Part shown: positions 45,601 through 54,967 of the stretch, one piece after another
How the letters are laid out: the number at the start of each line of letters is the position of its first letter
How positions within the stretch are numbered: the first letter of the stretch is position 1
NCBI RefSeq assembly: GCF_038025025.1
Contig: NW_027117342.1
Span: forward strand, 682,001-746,000
Origin: Phyllosticta citribraziliensis
Lineage: Eukaryota
DNA length: 64,000 bases
Direction: 5' to 3'
Program-made: the position numbers and the translations under genes
The notes under the pieces: model-generated
What the model was told of the DNA's origin: nothing
The model's input: the letters and a program-made list of their open reading frames with translations, nothing else
Databases searched by the model: none

Positions 45601-47009
45601 TGCTGCCACTACAATGGGTCTGGGTCCACAAGCTCAACGAGCTGGGCGAGAAGGTTGTCCACAAGAGCCGCGTCGTGGTTTTGGGCAATCTTCAACGCAA
45701 GGGATTTGATACATCTAAAGTGTCGTCACCGGTTGTCGCATTTCCTGCTTTCATGCTGTTTTTAGCAATCAACATCCATCATCACCTATTTTGTAAGCAA
45801 GGGGATGTTGAGACAGCCTTCCTCAATGCACCACTGAAAGACCTGGTCTACACCTATATGCCTCCCGGATACCAGGTCCCACGACGAGTTTGGCGTCTCC
45901 GAAGAGCCTTGTACGGCTTACGCCAGTCACCACTCGCTTGGTTTCAGTGCCTCCACGATTTCTTACGCCGCCTGGGTTTCTGCTCTCTCCCTTCAGAACC
46001 CTGCATCATGAGACGCCGGGACGAGCTCACGTTCGTCCTCATCTACGTTGACGATCTCTGTATTGCCGCCAAAACCGAGTCCGAAGTCGACAAAATCATC
46101 TCGCTACTCAACACCAAGATCCGCTTCAAAGACATGGGCCGACTACATCACTTCCTTGGTCTTCGCATTGATCAACGCGCAAACGGCACAATCACACTGT
46201 CCCAAGGTGGATACGTTCGAAACGTTCTTGCACGGTTTGGTATGAGCGATGCCGCGCGCGTCCTCACGCCAATGGATTCCCATGAATTACGCGCGTACAA
46301 CGGCGAGAACGACCCGGACCGTCAACAGCTTTATGGCGAGATTGTTGGCTCACTCATGTGGTGCGCGACAAGATGCCACCCAGCCATTCTTTTCCCTGCT
46401 GCTCGTCTCTCACGATACACCCACAACCCGTCAAACGAACACCTCGCTGCCGCTCGCCGAGTCCTTCGATACTTGCAGGGCGTACGCGATCACGGAATCA
46501 TTCTGCGCCCCAGCGATGACGGCACTCTCGGCTTGCGAATCCACGCGGATGCCGCTTTCGCTGACGATCCGGATACTCGTTGGTCCTCATCAGGCTACGT
46601 TGTCATGGCTTTAGGCGGTTCACTGTACGCAAAGAGTAGGAGACAGAAGCTCATCAGTACGTCTACGACGGAAGCCGAGTTTGTCAACCTCACTCCCGCC
46701 ATCAAACAAGCCATCTGGATGACTCGAGTTCTCGCTGAAATGGGTTACAAGGGCCCTGATACTCGACCAATCCAGCTCTACAACGACAACGAGAACGCCG
46801 TCCGATTTGCCAATGGTGCGGAGTTCAATGCTGCCACAAAACACATTGATCTGTACTACCGGTACGTCAAGCAGGCAGTTGCAGACGGAACCGCAACCGT
46901 CTCTCACGTCTCCACTGACGAGATGATTGCGGACGGGCTCACCAAAGCATTGGCGACAGTCAAGCACCGCCGCTTTTGTGACCTTATTGGGTATGGACCG
47001 ACGCAGTAA
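42645..47009 (+). CDS. Copia gag-pol polyprotein
   Basis: CDHCGKKGHIKAKC zinc knuckle, WIVDTGA protease, WHQRLGH...CESC integrase zinc domain, VHVD...MDNGMEF...EQNG core, YVDDL reverse transcriptase, and HADAAFADD...EAEF RNase H. Confidence 0.95.
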   Translation: MTSPSLPPSSSGSSGFTAASSSAPAKQAEAKEEVDLTTNDSKFSIPSKNIQPLKGPADWVTFKMMVEMRLGPFHCAHLLKDEPKNATDHEKDAYIVCWFTMIITLPIMIALQGHTGSARSIWRKLCDMYDAKGILSEADVIKDFIFCRRGDFATAKEFCDALYERRQACISRIQWQVEDRILCVLLLENLQDDIPVWCTTQRTNWRDKKETPKFEDLFYAATDEIKRAGENGTTALTVRTGQQSAKQSKSNRATCDHCGKKGHIKAKCGHLHLEHRPTHWKPVSGVFHVPDNRVSKPPTAATATTTSTTNPPAQGANYFATLRLYPASTKDEWIVDTGADTHCTPNSTKLTNYSRFAQPVQVRGLGTATAVGRGDAVLHCPMNGVVNTLTIEGVLHIPALTVSLVSASKLKQKGLYLDQLTSTLQTQNHGTAVAACPDSSGVNILMVVDDNHAAQAFAAATPPAATYETWHQRLGHVHTGALDELQRQGQLVVTGDRDFHCESCHVAKSHRTVSYKLMPQADAPFGRVHVDVFGLLVVSHDGCRWGVVFMDDYLRLRHLSVTKTKGDAFDSIQNFSEWTKTQFQRKIQALRMDNGMEFGGQKLLAWAKTEGIEVEKTAPYSPEQNGISESSVRLITGMARSMSIALNTPRSLWTEACRHAVYLLNCLPTCALDGKTPVDVFNDAVGRHEDVQLPVPVFSITAYAHIPAEKRLKSAKFNARAEKGQFVGYDCEHIFRVYLPRMNRVIRTRDVRFGPPQQPDSTAAANDAEDGKVENGDDETLVVRLTLKTVRDALKGNAEAIRNVAEQAIEVVERSDVGGVDVSSGGEEDAFVDVMPSADEMDRINVSPANERAGSDDSALTDLTSTPPPPSPSPSPAPTPPLTAPSRYPQRIRTKTQFFDEKHGSDDARPPQPSAHCVRAFAAAENAARHQQDAIPTDEVPPRSWREALTGPKSIHWRPSMDKQIRELTDAGTFEETDYPSDGSQVLPLQWVWVHKLNELGEKVVHKSRVVVLGNLQRKGFDTSKVSSPVVAFPAFMLFLAINIHHHLFCKQGDVETAFLNAPLKDLVYTYMPPGYQVPRRVWRLRRALYGLRQSPLAWFQCLHDFLRRLGFCSLPSEPCIMRRRDELTFVLIYVDDLCIAAKTESEVDKIISLLNTKIRFKDMGRLHHFLGLRIDQRANGTITLSQGGYVRNVLARFGMSDAARVLTPMDSHELRAYNGENDPDRQQLYGEIVGSLMWCATRCHPAILFPAARLSRYTHNPSNEHLAAARRVLRYLQGVRDHGIILRPSDDGTLGLRIHADAAFADDPDTRWSSSGYVVMALGGSLYAKSRRQKLISTSTTEAEFVNLTPAIKQAIWMTRVLAEMGYKGPDTRPIQLYNDNENAVRFANGAEFNAATKHIDLYYRYVKQAVADGTATVSHVSTDEMIADGLTKALATVKHRRFCDLIGYGPTQ

Positions 47010-47084
47010 GTTTTCCATTCAGTCAATACGACTACTCATGTATCTACTCTACTACGACTGTCTCTTTTCTCGTCCTGGGGGGTG

Positions 47085-47351
47085 TATTGGTGGTCCTGTG
47101 TAACAACACCAAGCAGTCTCCCGTCGCGTCGTCTCAGCTGCAGTTCGCCTGGACGACTGCAGCTTGTCCGGACGACGACTCGCTGCTTCAGTCGAGATGC
47201 GCTTGTCTGTCGGCTTCGCGCGTCTCAACGAGTTCAGGACTCGTCGGCAGTTGGCACCGGCTACTGCTCCCCCTGGCGGTTTCAGCAGTATATAGATAGC
47301 TCTCAGAGTAGCCTCGAATGGAGTCTTCAGTTCTCTCATCTTACTTCGTCA
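47085..47351 (+). repeat. 3' LTR
   Basis: 267 bp. Begins TA rather than TG and ends CA. Confidence 0.95.
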
Positions 47352-48259
47352 CTGCGCTTGCGAGCGCTGCTTGTAGGGTCTTTGGGGACATCGCTATACA
47401 TCTGTCAGCAGCGCTTCTCTGTAGAGCGGGAAAGCCTTACGCCTCTTCATAAGCTTTGCGGGGCATGTGGGGCGTGCGGGGAGTCCGGGAAGTACGAGGA
47501 GTGCCAGCCATGATCTGGTTGTGGAACTTTTGTGTGGGGAGTTTCTTCAGGTCATGAGAGCGAGTTGGGTGGTGGTTGGAGAGAACGACGCCGTTGGCTC
47601 ACAAGAATCTGCGCTAGTCCCAATTTTGTCGACCGCTTCCAGAGAGTATTCTGAGGGTCTCTTGGGGCGCGACACATCCAAGAAATATTGATTTGACTGC
47701 AAGTGAGGGTGTGCGCTATGAGCGGAGGTGGGGAGATGCATCGGACCCACTTCCTTACCCCGGGAAAAAGAGAGAGAAGCAACGAGTAGTCGTAGTGGAA
47801 ACTGCAGAAAAGAAATGAATTTTGGTTTCAAACGCGCTGCACATGTCGAAAGAGCATCCATTCACCACGTTGTCGCGCCCCGAGGAGCATTCGAACATTC
47901 GAACGCCTTTTAAGAACTTCATCATCCTTCTGCCACATTCTCTCTGTCTATCTACCTCTGTTTGCCGCACCATGTCAATGTGAAAGCCGCCAACTCACGA
48001 TATATTTGCCGCTCGTCGCCGCCGCCATGGCCGAAGCCAGCCACCGAAAAAGAGAAGCACAAAAGGACGCCGAAATCAAAGACGATATCAGACCCAAGAG
48101 ACCGAGATCCCAACCGCCATGCAATGCTGCACCAAGTGCTTCCGCTGTTTGACAAATGCGCTCGCCGGCGGCTGACAGCGGCTGCTGTTGGTGATGCAAT
48201 TGAATCGCTGTTCGAGATGCATCTCGTCGACGGAAGGGCCGTTTCGCGGCCGGCGAGGA

Positions 48260-49310
48260 TCATGTGTCGGTCGGGTGGGAGGCGATTTCCTCGACGTCAT
48301 TGAAGGCAGGACAGTCAGACTTGGCCTCCACTTCATTTCCGAGAGTGCTGGTAGCCTGCACTGGAATTTCCTCAATGGTAGGAGTGCCCTTCATCCACGT
48401 CTCAAGAGGCATCTTCTTCCAGAGGCTGTACTCCGTTTCCTTCCCGCAATGCAGAAGGACTTCAGGTCCCTTCGCAGGCGCGAGCCATCGAAATAGGAAG
48501 GAGGCCTCAGCACCGTAGAGCCAGTTCTTGAAGCAGTAAGTCGCCCAGCGCTGCAAGGTGCCCCGAATCTTGTCGGACACCCCATTGGGGATGTGGAACA
48601 TCATGTCAAACGCAATGATCTTGACGAACGGCTTCCACATGCGGAGGCAAACGCCAAGGGGATTCTTCCTGAAGTGAGCGGCCCATACCTTCTTCCGCTC
48701 TTGCTTGTCCATGTCGCCCAAGCTCTTGGCTCCAATGGGGTCTCGCGATCTTATGATGGCCTTTATCTCATTCCGGATGGCCTCGAGAATTGCGTGCTGG
48801 TACCGAGCAACTGCGGAGTCATGCTTTTTGCAAAGCAGCTCCCTCTTTGGATCAAGTGGGCTCACAGACTGGACGAGATTGCCCATATCATCATGGTCAA
48901 TGTCATGCTTGACGAAGTATGCCAGAGCGCGTAGATCGGACCATTTCCTTCCGAGTGGGTTGACTAATCCATATTAGTAGGGTAAGGTAATGGAAGATGA
49001 CATGCTTACGGTCGGGCGAGGGATCCTTCCGCTGGTTGTCGTCGTTGATGCCCTCAATCAGGTCATCAAAATAACCACATGATCCGGCAAGGTTGACCTT
49101 TCGCGCGGTCATGGCACCACGAGGGGTTGGCTCAGCCACCTGCTCCAGATCGACCTCAGCATGCTTGCGCTTCTTGCTTGCGGGTGTTCCATGGCTAAAC
49201 ATCGTTCATCAAGTTAGACAACTAGGTAGAGGAGCTAATGGTTGTCAGAGCTTTGCTTACCTGGAGCCTGGCTTCGGGCGAATGGGAGTTGATGGCGGCG
49301 TCGTAGGCAT
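48260..49310 (-). CDS. 'Family X' unknown protein, intact copy 3 (~312 aa, introns 49195-49260 and 48964-49009)
   Basis: Two canonical GTAAGC...CTAAY...TAG introns give a 939-nt ORF, MPTTPPSTP...SKKRK...RKVNLAGSCGYFDDL...KWSDLRALAYFVKHD...WAAHFRKNPLGV...KETEYSLWKKMP. Confidence 0.85.
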
Positions 49311-49626
49311 GATCTGAGGTGGCGTCGATGTGGAAGGTAGAAATAGGATGGGTGAGGTGAGATGTTGGCGAGGAAACTGGCAGTTGGCGACTTTGAACGG
49401 GGCGCGTCTGACGGACCCTGTCAGGTGAAGCTCGCGTGATGGCTGTCAAGCTTTGCCCTGTCAGGTCGAGAGGATTCAATGGGCCCGTCTTCGGCCAAAG
49501 AAGCTCGCGCAATGCTGTCCAGGCTCGCCAGATGTGGTTGGGGTGAAGAGATTGAGAGGTGGGTCAGAGGTGGTTGAGGTGACGAGGTTGAGAAGTGGGT
49601 CGGAGGTGCGTTTGAGGTGACGAGGT

Positions 49627-50700
49627 TTAAAAGGTTGGCGGAAGAGCCTCGCGTATGATCTTCGGAGGCGAGTGTTCGATTGGGCGAGCAAAGTAGGTAC
49701 AGACTGCGCCTGGCTGACGATGGGAAGTCACAGTGGATGCAAAGAGACTATCAAAACCAGACTTCATGCCGGCGGAGAGTTTGTCGATTCGGCTATTCAG
49801 TCTCGCCACCTCCGCGTCTCTCTTGGACACTTGTTTATCGCGCCTGGCCTCGGCATCCCTTCCTCCTTGGCGGTACCAATGCCGTTCAAGGGTACGGGGG
49901 TCTGGCCGGTCTTGGACCGCGATGATACCATCTTGGTCCAGAATGTCGATAACGTCCTTCCTTGCCTTGGCGATCGTGACCTTTCGGCTGGTGTCTGAGT
50001 ATCCGCGAATGCCATGGTAGTCGGGGCACATGCTGCTGAGGTGATTCTCGGCCTCGTTGAAAGTGCTGAACTTCGTGTGGATCACTTTGAGAGGCAATCG
50101 GTGGGCGAAAGGACAGGCTGAGCCTCGCTCGCTCCTCTGATATACGCCGTCAGTCAAGTGCTCAATGGAAGATGTCATTCAGAGGACCTGCCTTCGTTGA
50201 ACAATGGTGCAACTGTGATCGCTGCGTTTGAGCCTACGGCCTTTGCCGCCGACCAGCTGCTCGAGGGAGTCGCCGCCGACGACTGCGTCGTTCGAGGCGT
50301 GGTTGCCGTCAAACGCATCGGGCTCCGATCACGGTATTTGTTGCGACCTGCAAATGGATCAGTAAGGTGCTCAGTAGAAGGCGTTGTTCAGAGGGCTTGC
50401 CTTGGCCCGAGCCGACGACCTTTGTCGTCGACCGGCGGCTTGAGGGAGATGCCGACGGCACGCGGATGGGGCTCCGGCCACGATCTGGGTTGCGGCGGCT
50501 GGCATAGGGCGACGGGCTGCGCTGGCGGCGACCTGCAAGGGGAGACACGCTGCGCTGGCGGCTGCGTTGATGACTGCGCTGGTGGCTGGCATAGGGAGAA
50601 ACGCTGCGCTGGAGGCGGCGTGCAAAACGATTCTCCATCTGGACAGAAACGCAAGGGTAGACAGAGGGCGACGCGAGGGGACGATTGAAGCCAGAGAGTT
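49627..50700 (-). pseudogene. Hypothetical gene with Ser/Arg-rich N-terminus, probably disrupted
   Basis: RSVSP/RSPSP repeats at 50450-50640, a candidate GC-AG intron near 50350-50400 and a 183-aa 3' ORF. I found no clean splice that avoids the TGA just upstream of 50178. Confidence 0.4.
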
Positions 50701-51679
50701 TGGAGGCGAGGGAACGAATGAAGGTAGAAACTTTGGAGGAGAGGAAGAGGCGGCCGCGGCGATACAAAGTGGCAACTTCGAAAGCGGCAATGGCGATGCT
50801 GAGAGAAGAAAGAGAGGCCCGAGTTTCCGTTGGGTGCTATGGGGAGTTTTTTCGTTGGGTGATTACGTTTCTGAGAGCAAGTATTCGTTAGTAGGAAGCA
50901 ACAAAGATGTAGGTGCGAGTAGTAGCGTACCATTGGCTAGGCGTATAGCTCGCCTTCATGCTTGTCGGGGTGGATCGTCCAGCGGCGGATCCTTCTTCTT
51001 TCGGCGTGGAGGTCGATGTGAGCCTTCAAAAGGCCAGCCCACAGTCCAGTCGACAGGCAACTGGGACCCAGCCCAGCAGGCTCAGAGCCGGAGAGCCAGA
51101 CTGGGCGGGTGGTGAAAAGAGATGGAGGTGTGACCTGACGCGGAACGATACTTTTGCGGGCCGGGCGTCGCTTGTGGCGCTCGGGCCATCCCGTCCAAGC
51201 CACAGTTGGTTGCGCCCCACCACCACGGCAGCCACCTTCGCCCGCTGATGCCATGAAAGGGTTAGGTTAGTTTACATACCTAACTCTTCCACCCAAAATA
51301 TACGCTCTGTGCCATCACTTCAACTCTACAACAGCCAAACTTTCAACCGCGCACCAAAGCCACATACAAATACGAGTATCACGTTTCGATGAGGTGCATA
51401 GCAAGGCCTTTTGAGGACGCGACACATCGTGTTCGATGCGAACGCAAGCAAGGAACGATTGTGTGCTAGCCATGTGCGGAAGTTTGTGGCGATGGCGCGT
51501 CAAAGGGTTCAGGATTCTTTAGCCTTTGACAAATGGCAAGTACCACCTACCACCCTACCGGCAACGGCACCTGGGCAGGGTCCAGGTCCGAGCAGGCGGG
51601 AGCTAGCCCGAGCTACTGTAGACCCCGGCCCAGAGAAGAGAGAGGCCTGAAAAAGTATAAGCCGTTGAAGTCGACCATT

Positions 51680-51800
51680 TCTGCGTCCAGGGAGCATTCA
51701 TCCAACGACACGTCTGCACTCATGGAGCAGTCATTCATTATCACGTCCGCGCTCAGGGAGCAGCCATCCAATACCACATCCGCACTCAGAATGCACGTTG
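51680..51800 (+). repeat. 33-bp tandem repeat (~3.5 units) of the MITE-internal family
   Basis: Units such as TCCGCGCTCAGGGAGCAGCCATCCAATACCACA with a 33-bp period. Confidence 0.7.
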
Positions 51801-52381
51801 ATGACTCAGGTGGAGTTTTGAGGCCCAGTATGTCCGATAGTCAACCTCGGCAACGAAGCCGCAGCCAATGGACGTTCGGGACGCACATTCGGAGCATTCT
51901 GCAACGCCACACTGGTATTTGGGACAGATGCGATGTTCACGAAGGGGGACGGACGAGGCCAGCAGATCTTTAGCTCATTTGGACGTGGAGACGACGCTCA
52001 TGTCATGGCGGCTGCTTCGGAGTGAAGGAACAGGCGCGAGTTGCACGGGTAGAGCGGGCCAAATCTCGTTGAGCATCTGCGCTGCGCCATGCGGGCGAGA
52101 GGGAAGCTATGTAAAATGTGCCGGACTCGAAGGATGGAAGCGTGTGGGTACTTAATGTGAGTACTGATGTCTTTCTTGTGGTCGAGGTAGCAATGGTGGC
52201 GAGTTCATCTTCATTTTCTGCCTGGTGGTGTTGATTGTACAGATTTTGCATTGGCTCTCCCTTATACCCTGAGCCTTCGAAATCAAATCGTTCTCGTCAA
52301 GCAAAAAGCAAGATTGACCGCGTAAAATTCATGACAAAGGAAACCGACGAAGATACAGCGGGTAAACTCGAGGATTTGGGG

Positions 52382-54120
52382 TTATGCGCGAGAAGAAGTA
52401 GATGGAAACAGAGGATGTTGTGCTGGACGGAAAGGATGCGAGCGAATGGAAACTTCTGACGTCAGGCTCGTAATCGGATGGCAACTGTGCCTGGTGGTAG
52501 CCACCCTACCGCCCAGGGCTTTGCAAGATCGACTCCCATCATTCGGCTGTTGTTGCTGGCATTTCGGGTGCTGCTGGATGACAATGCGGGCGAGTTCGGG
52601 GTCTCCTCTCCAGACTATGGTCTGTGCCTTTCCCGAGATGGCACCCTTGTCGTCTGGACGCAGGGTGGGGTTGTGATCGAGGATGTGAAACAACATCCTC
52701 ATGCTCGACTCTTGGTACGAAGGTACAACCTTCTCCAGGAGGCAGCGGTTGTCTTGCGGACAGGTGCAGACTCTGTTTCTGACGCAAGTGTTGCGCAGCT
52801 CGTTGTGACTGGCCGTCTCCAAGATGAGATGCCATGGGTTGATGCATGTCTTGTTGTGGCAGCGATGACTCACGTGCAGTCTCGCGCCCCAGTATGCCTG
52901 CCAGTCCTCTTCCGTGACAAATCCGCAACCTGCTGATATCACCATGCCGATTGAAACTTGCATCAAGTCCTCGACTTTCATGTTCTGACCGGACTTCTTC
53001 TCCCTGCCAGCTCGAGGGGGGGGGCAACGGTTGCAAGGGAAGCACACATGCTTCCGCTTTGCGTGTTCCTCTGCCTTGATCTTGGTGTCAGAAGAGGGTG
53101 GCGTCAGGATGCAGCCGTTGATTCGTGCTGAGATGTCGCGGGGATGTTCTCGTCCAGGAGGGAACTTGTTGGGGTTGGCGGACAAGATTGTCTGACCCTT
53201 CGTTGGGTCCCAGTGGTTGAGATGTCCGATGAAGAACGTCAACCACCAACGTGCATACTCGGCAAATACTCTCAAGGTCGTGCCATCGTGCCAATTCGAC
53301 AGTATTCCAGCCAGGCATGCTTTTTCTGTCTGTCGGCGAACGGACTTGTGCTCGAAGGGCAACTTGCGGAGCATGCCGAAAGAGACAAGCCCAAAGTCTT
53401 GGGTGCCTTGTGGGTGGTCCGTGGCCTTGATGGCGATCAACCTGTAGTCGTCCCTGTCGTCCCTGAAGACGCGGTGCCAGTTGACGCGGACTTGTTGACC
53501 ACTGAGGTTGTGTCAGTACAAGTCTTGCATGATGGGAAGGGTCACTTACGACGAAGGTGGGGTTGACCGGTCGGCAAGATTTTGTCGACGCCGGACAGGT
53601 GCGGCGGTGTTCTGGTTGCCATCGTCGTTCTGAAGAATTCGACGCTGGGCGGAACGCGTCACGATCATATTCGGCCCGGGGCTACAAGGGGGTTAGCTTT
53701 GCATGAGAGAGGAGTAGCAAACCAAAATACCTCGCTTGTCTCCTTCCACGGTCGTTACCGAGATGCCATTCAGCCCCGTCGCCGTCTTCGTCCGAGGAGG
53801 AAGCCAAGTCAACAACATGCACATCGCGCTCTGGCTGGATGTTGTCGGCTGTGGTGCCATTGGCTGGCTGGGTGTTGTTGTCTTGCTCGACACTGTTGAT
53901 TGGCTGGATGTCGTTGGCCTGCTCGACATGGTTGACCGGCTCGATGTTGTTCGCTGGTGCGGCGTCGTCGCCTGTCAGGTCGATCACAGGAGGAAGACAG
54001 AGAACCGGACGTTGAGGACAAAGGGCTTGAATGAAGAGAGGCGGAAGAGGCGGGTGGTGAGGACAAGCGGCTTGGAGGAAAAGAGAGGCGAGGCGGGGGA
54101 GACGGGTGGCGAGTAGTCAT
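52382..54120 (-). CDS. His-Me finger (zinc-binding loop) endonuclease family protein, most complete copy; 5' structure uncertain
   Basis: LHVSHRCHNKTCINPWHLILETASHNELRNTC...CTC...RCL motif and a CNRC pair in the 352-aa ORF. Upstream exons are separated by introns near 53500-53550 and at 53682-53730. The link to ATG 54120 needs a frameshift or an unseen intron. Confidence 0.75.
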
Positions 54121-54967
54121 TGCTTGAAGAGCCTCTGAGCAGGTATTCATGAGCCAAGAGCGACAGAGAAGGGAAGCGCCATCGTGGCTACCCACCTCCA
54201 TCGGCGCGGCATCCTTGCGTGCCTTCACTTCAGGCTTGTCGGAGCGGATCGTCGAACGGCGGATCCTTCTTTCTTTGGCTCGGAGGCGCGCACGACAGCA
54301 TCGCCCAGGCCGAGGTTGTCAAGGCGGGTCTTCCAAAGGCCAGCCCGCGAAACAGTCCACAGGCGAGCAGTGTGCCTCGAACGAAAGTCCGTACGGTAGC
54401 TCGGTAGATTTGAGAGAGAGGCGAGAGGTGGTGGAATCTGCGTCGATGCTTCGTGGGGTGCGTCGCGTCGGAGTCGGCGTTTGCGCGCGTCTCAAGCAGG
54501 AAGCCAATGTTGTGCTCACAGGGCTCAACCTTTGGCGAGGGCCCGGCTGCTCCCCGAGCGTGCCCGGATTAGCAGAGGATCGCTCCCTGGGCGCAACCAT
54601 TGCAATTAATGGTCAGATGGGCCACGATTCCAAGACGTTGTACCAAAAATCTGCGTCGGGGTGGCGGCGGCGGTGTGGGGTGCCCGTCCGCTTGGTTGCT
54701 GAGTGAGCTTGAATCAACTTCATCCTGTGAGTTTTGCTCGAAATTGTAGACTTTGCAAATGCATAGATACCATGGCCCTCGTGCTGCGGGGCACTGAGGG
54801 TCTCCACCAGCGGGAAAAAGTTGAGGACGGTAACGAGTTGGCTTAGTTGGAAACTGGAGGCACCAATCTTTCATTCGCTGCTTTCTATTGGCCTTTGGTC
54901 GATTTCATCTCTTCATCATCCACCACCCAATGTTGAAAGCTCCCAAAATGCCAGCCCAATATTCCTT

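Larger units (their letters stand above)
42163..47351 (+). mobile_element. Full-length Ty1/copia LTR retrotransposon
   Basis: 267-bp LTRs, 5-bp target-site duplication CTGCG (42158-42162 and 47352-47356), PBS GGTTATGAGCCC after the 5' LTR, G-rich tract before the 3' LTR, and gag-PR-IN-RT-RH domain order. Confidence 0.97.
41302..47511 (-). pseudogene. 'Family X' copy 2 (~322 aa), interrupted by the copia insertion
   Basis: Removing the retrotransposon plus one CTGCG and splicing intron 47394-47440 gives a clean 969-nt ORF, MAGTPRTS...ARKRSRREAIPDE...KRVILAGSAGYLDGL...LQG*. Confidence 0.85.

Noticed and set aside
51258..51272. Telomere-like GGGTTAGGTTAG
   Set aside because: Fewer than two perfect units, which is expected by chance.
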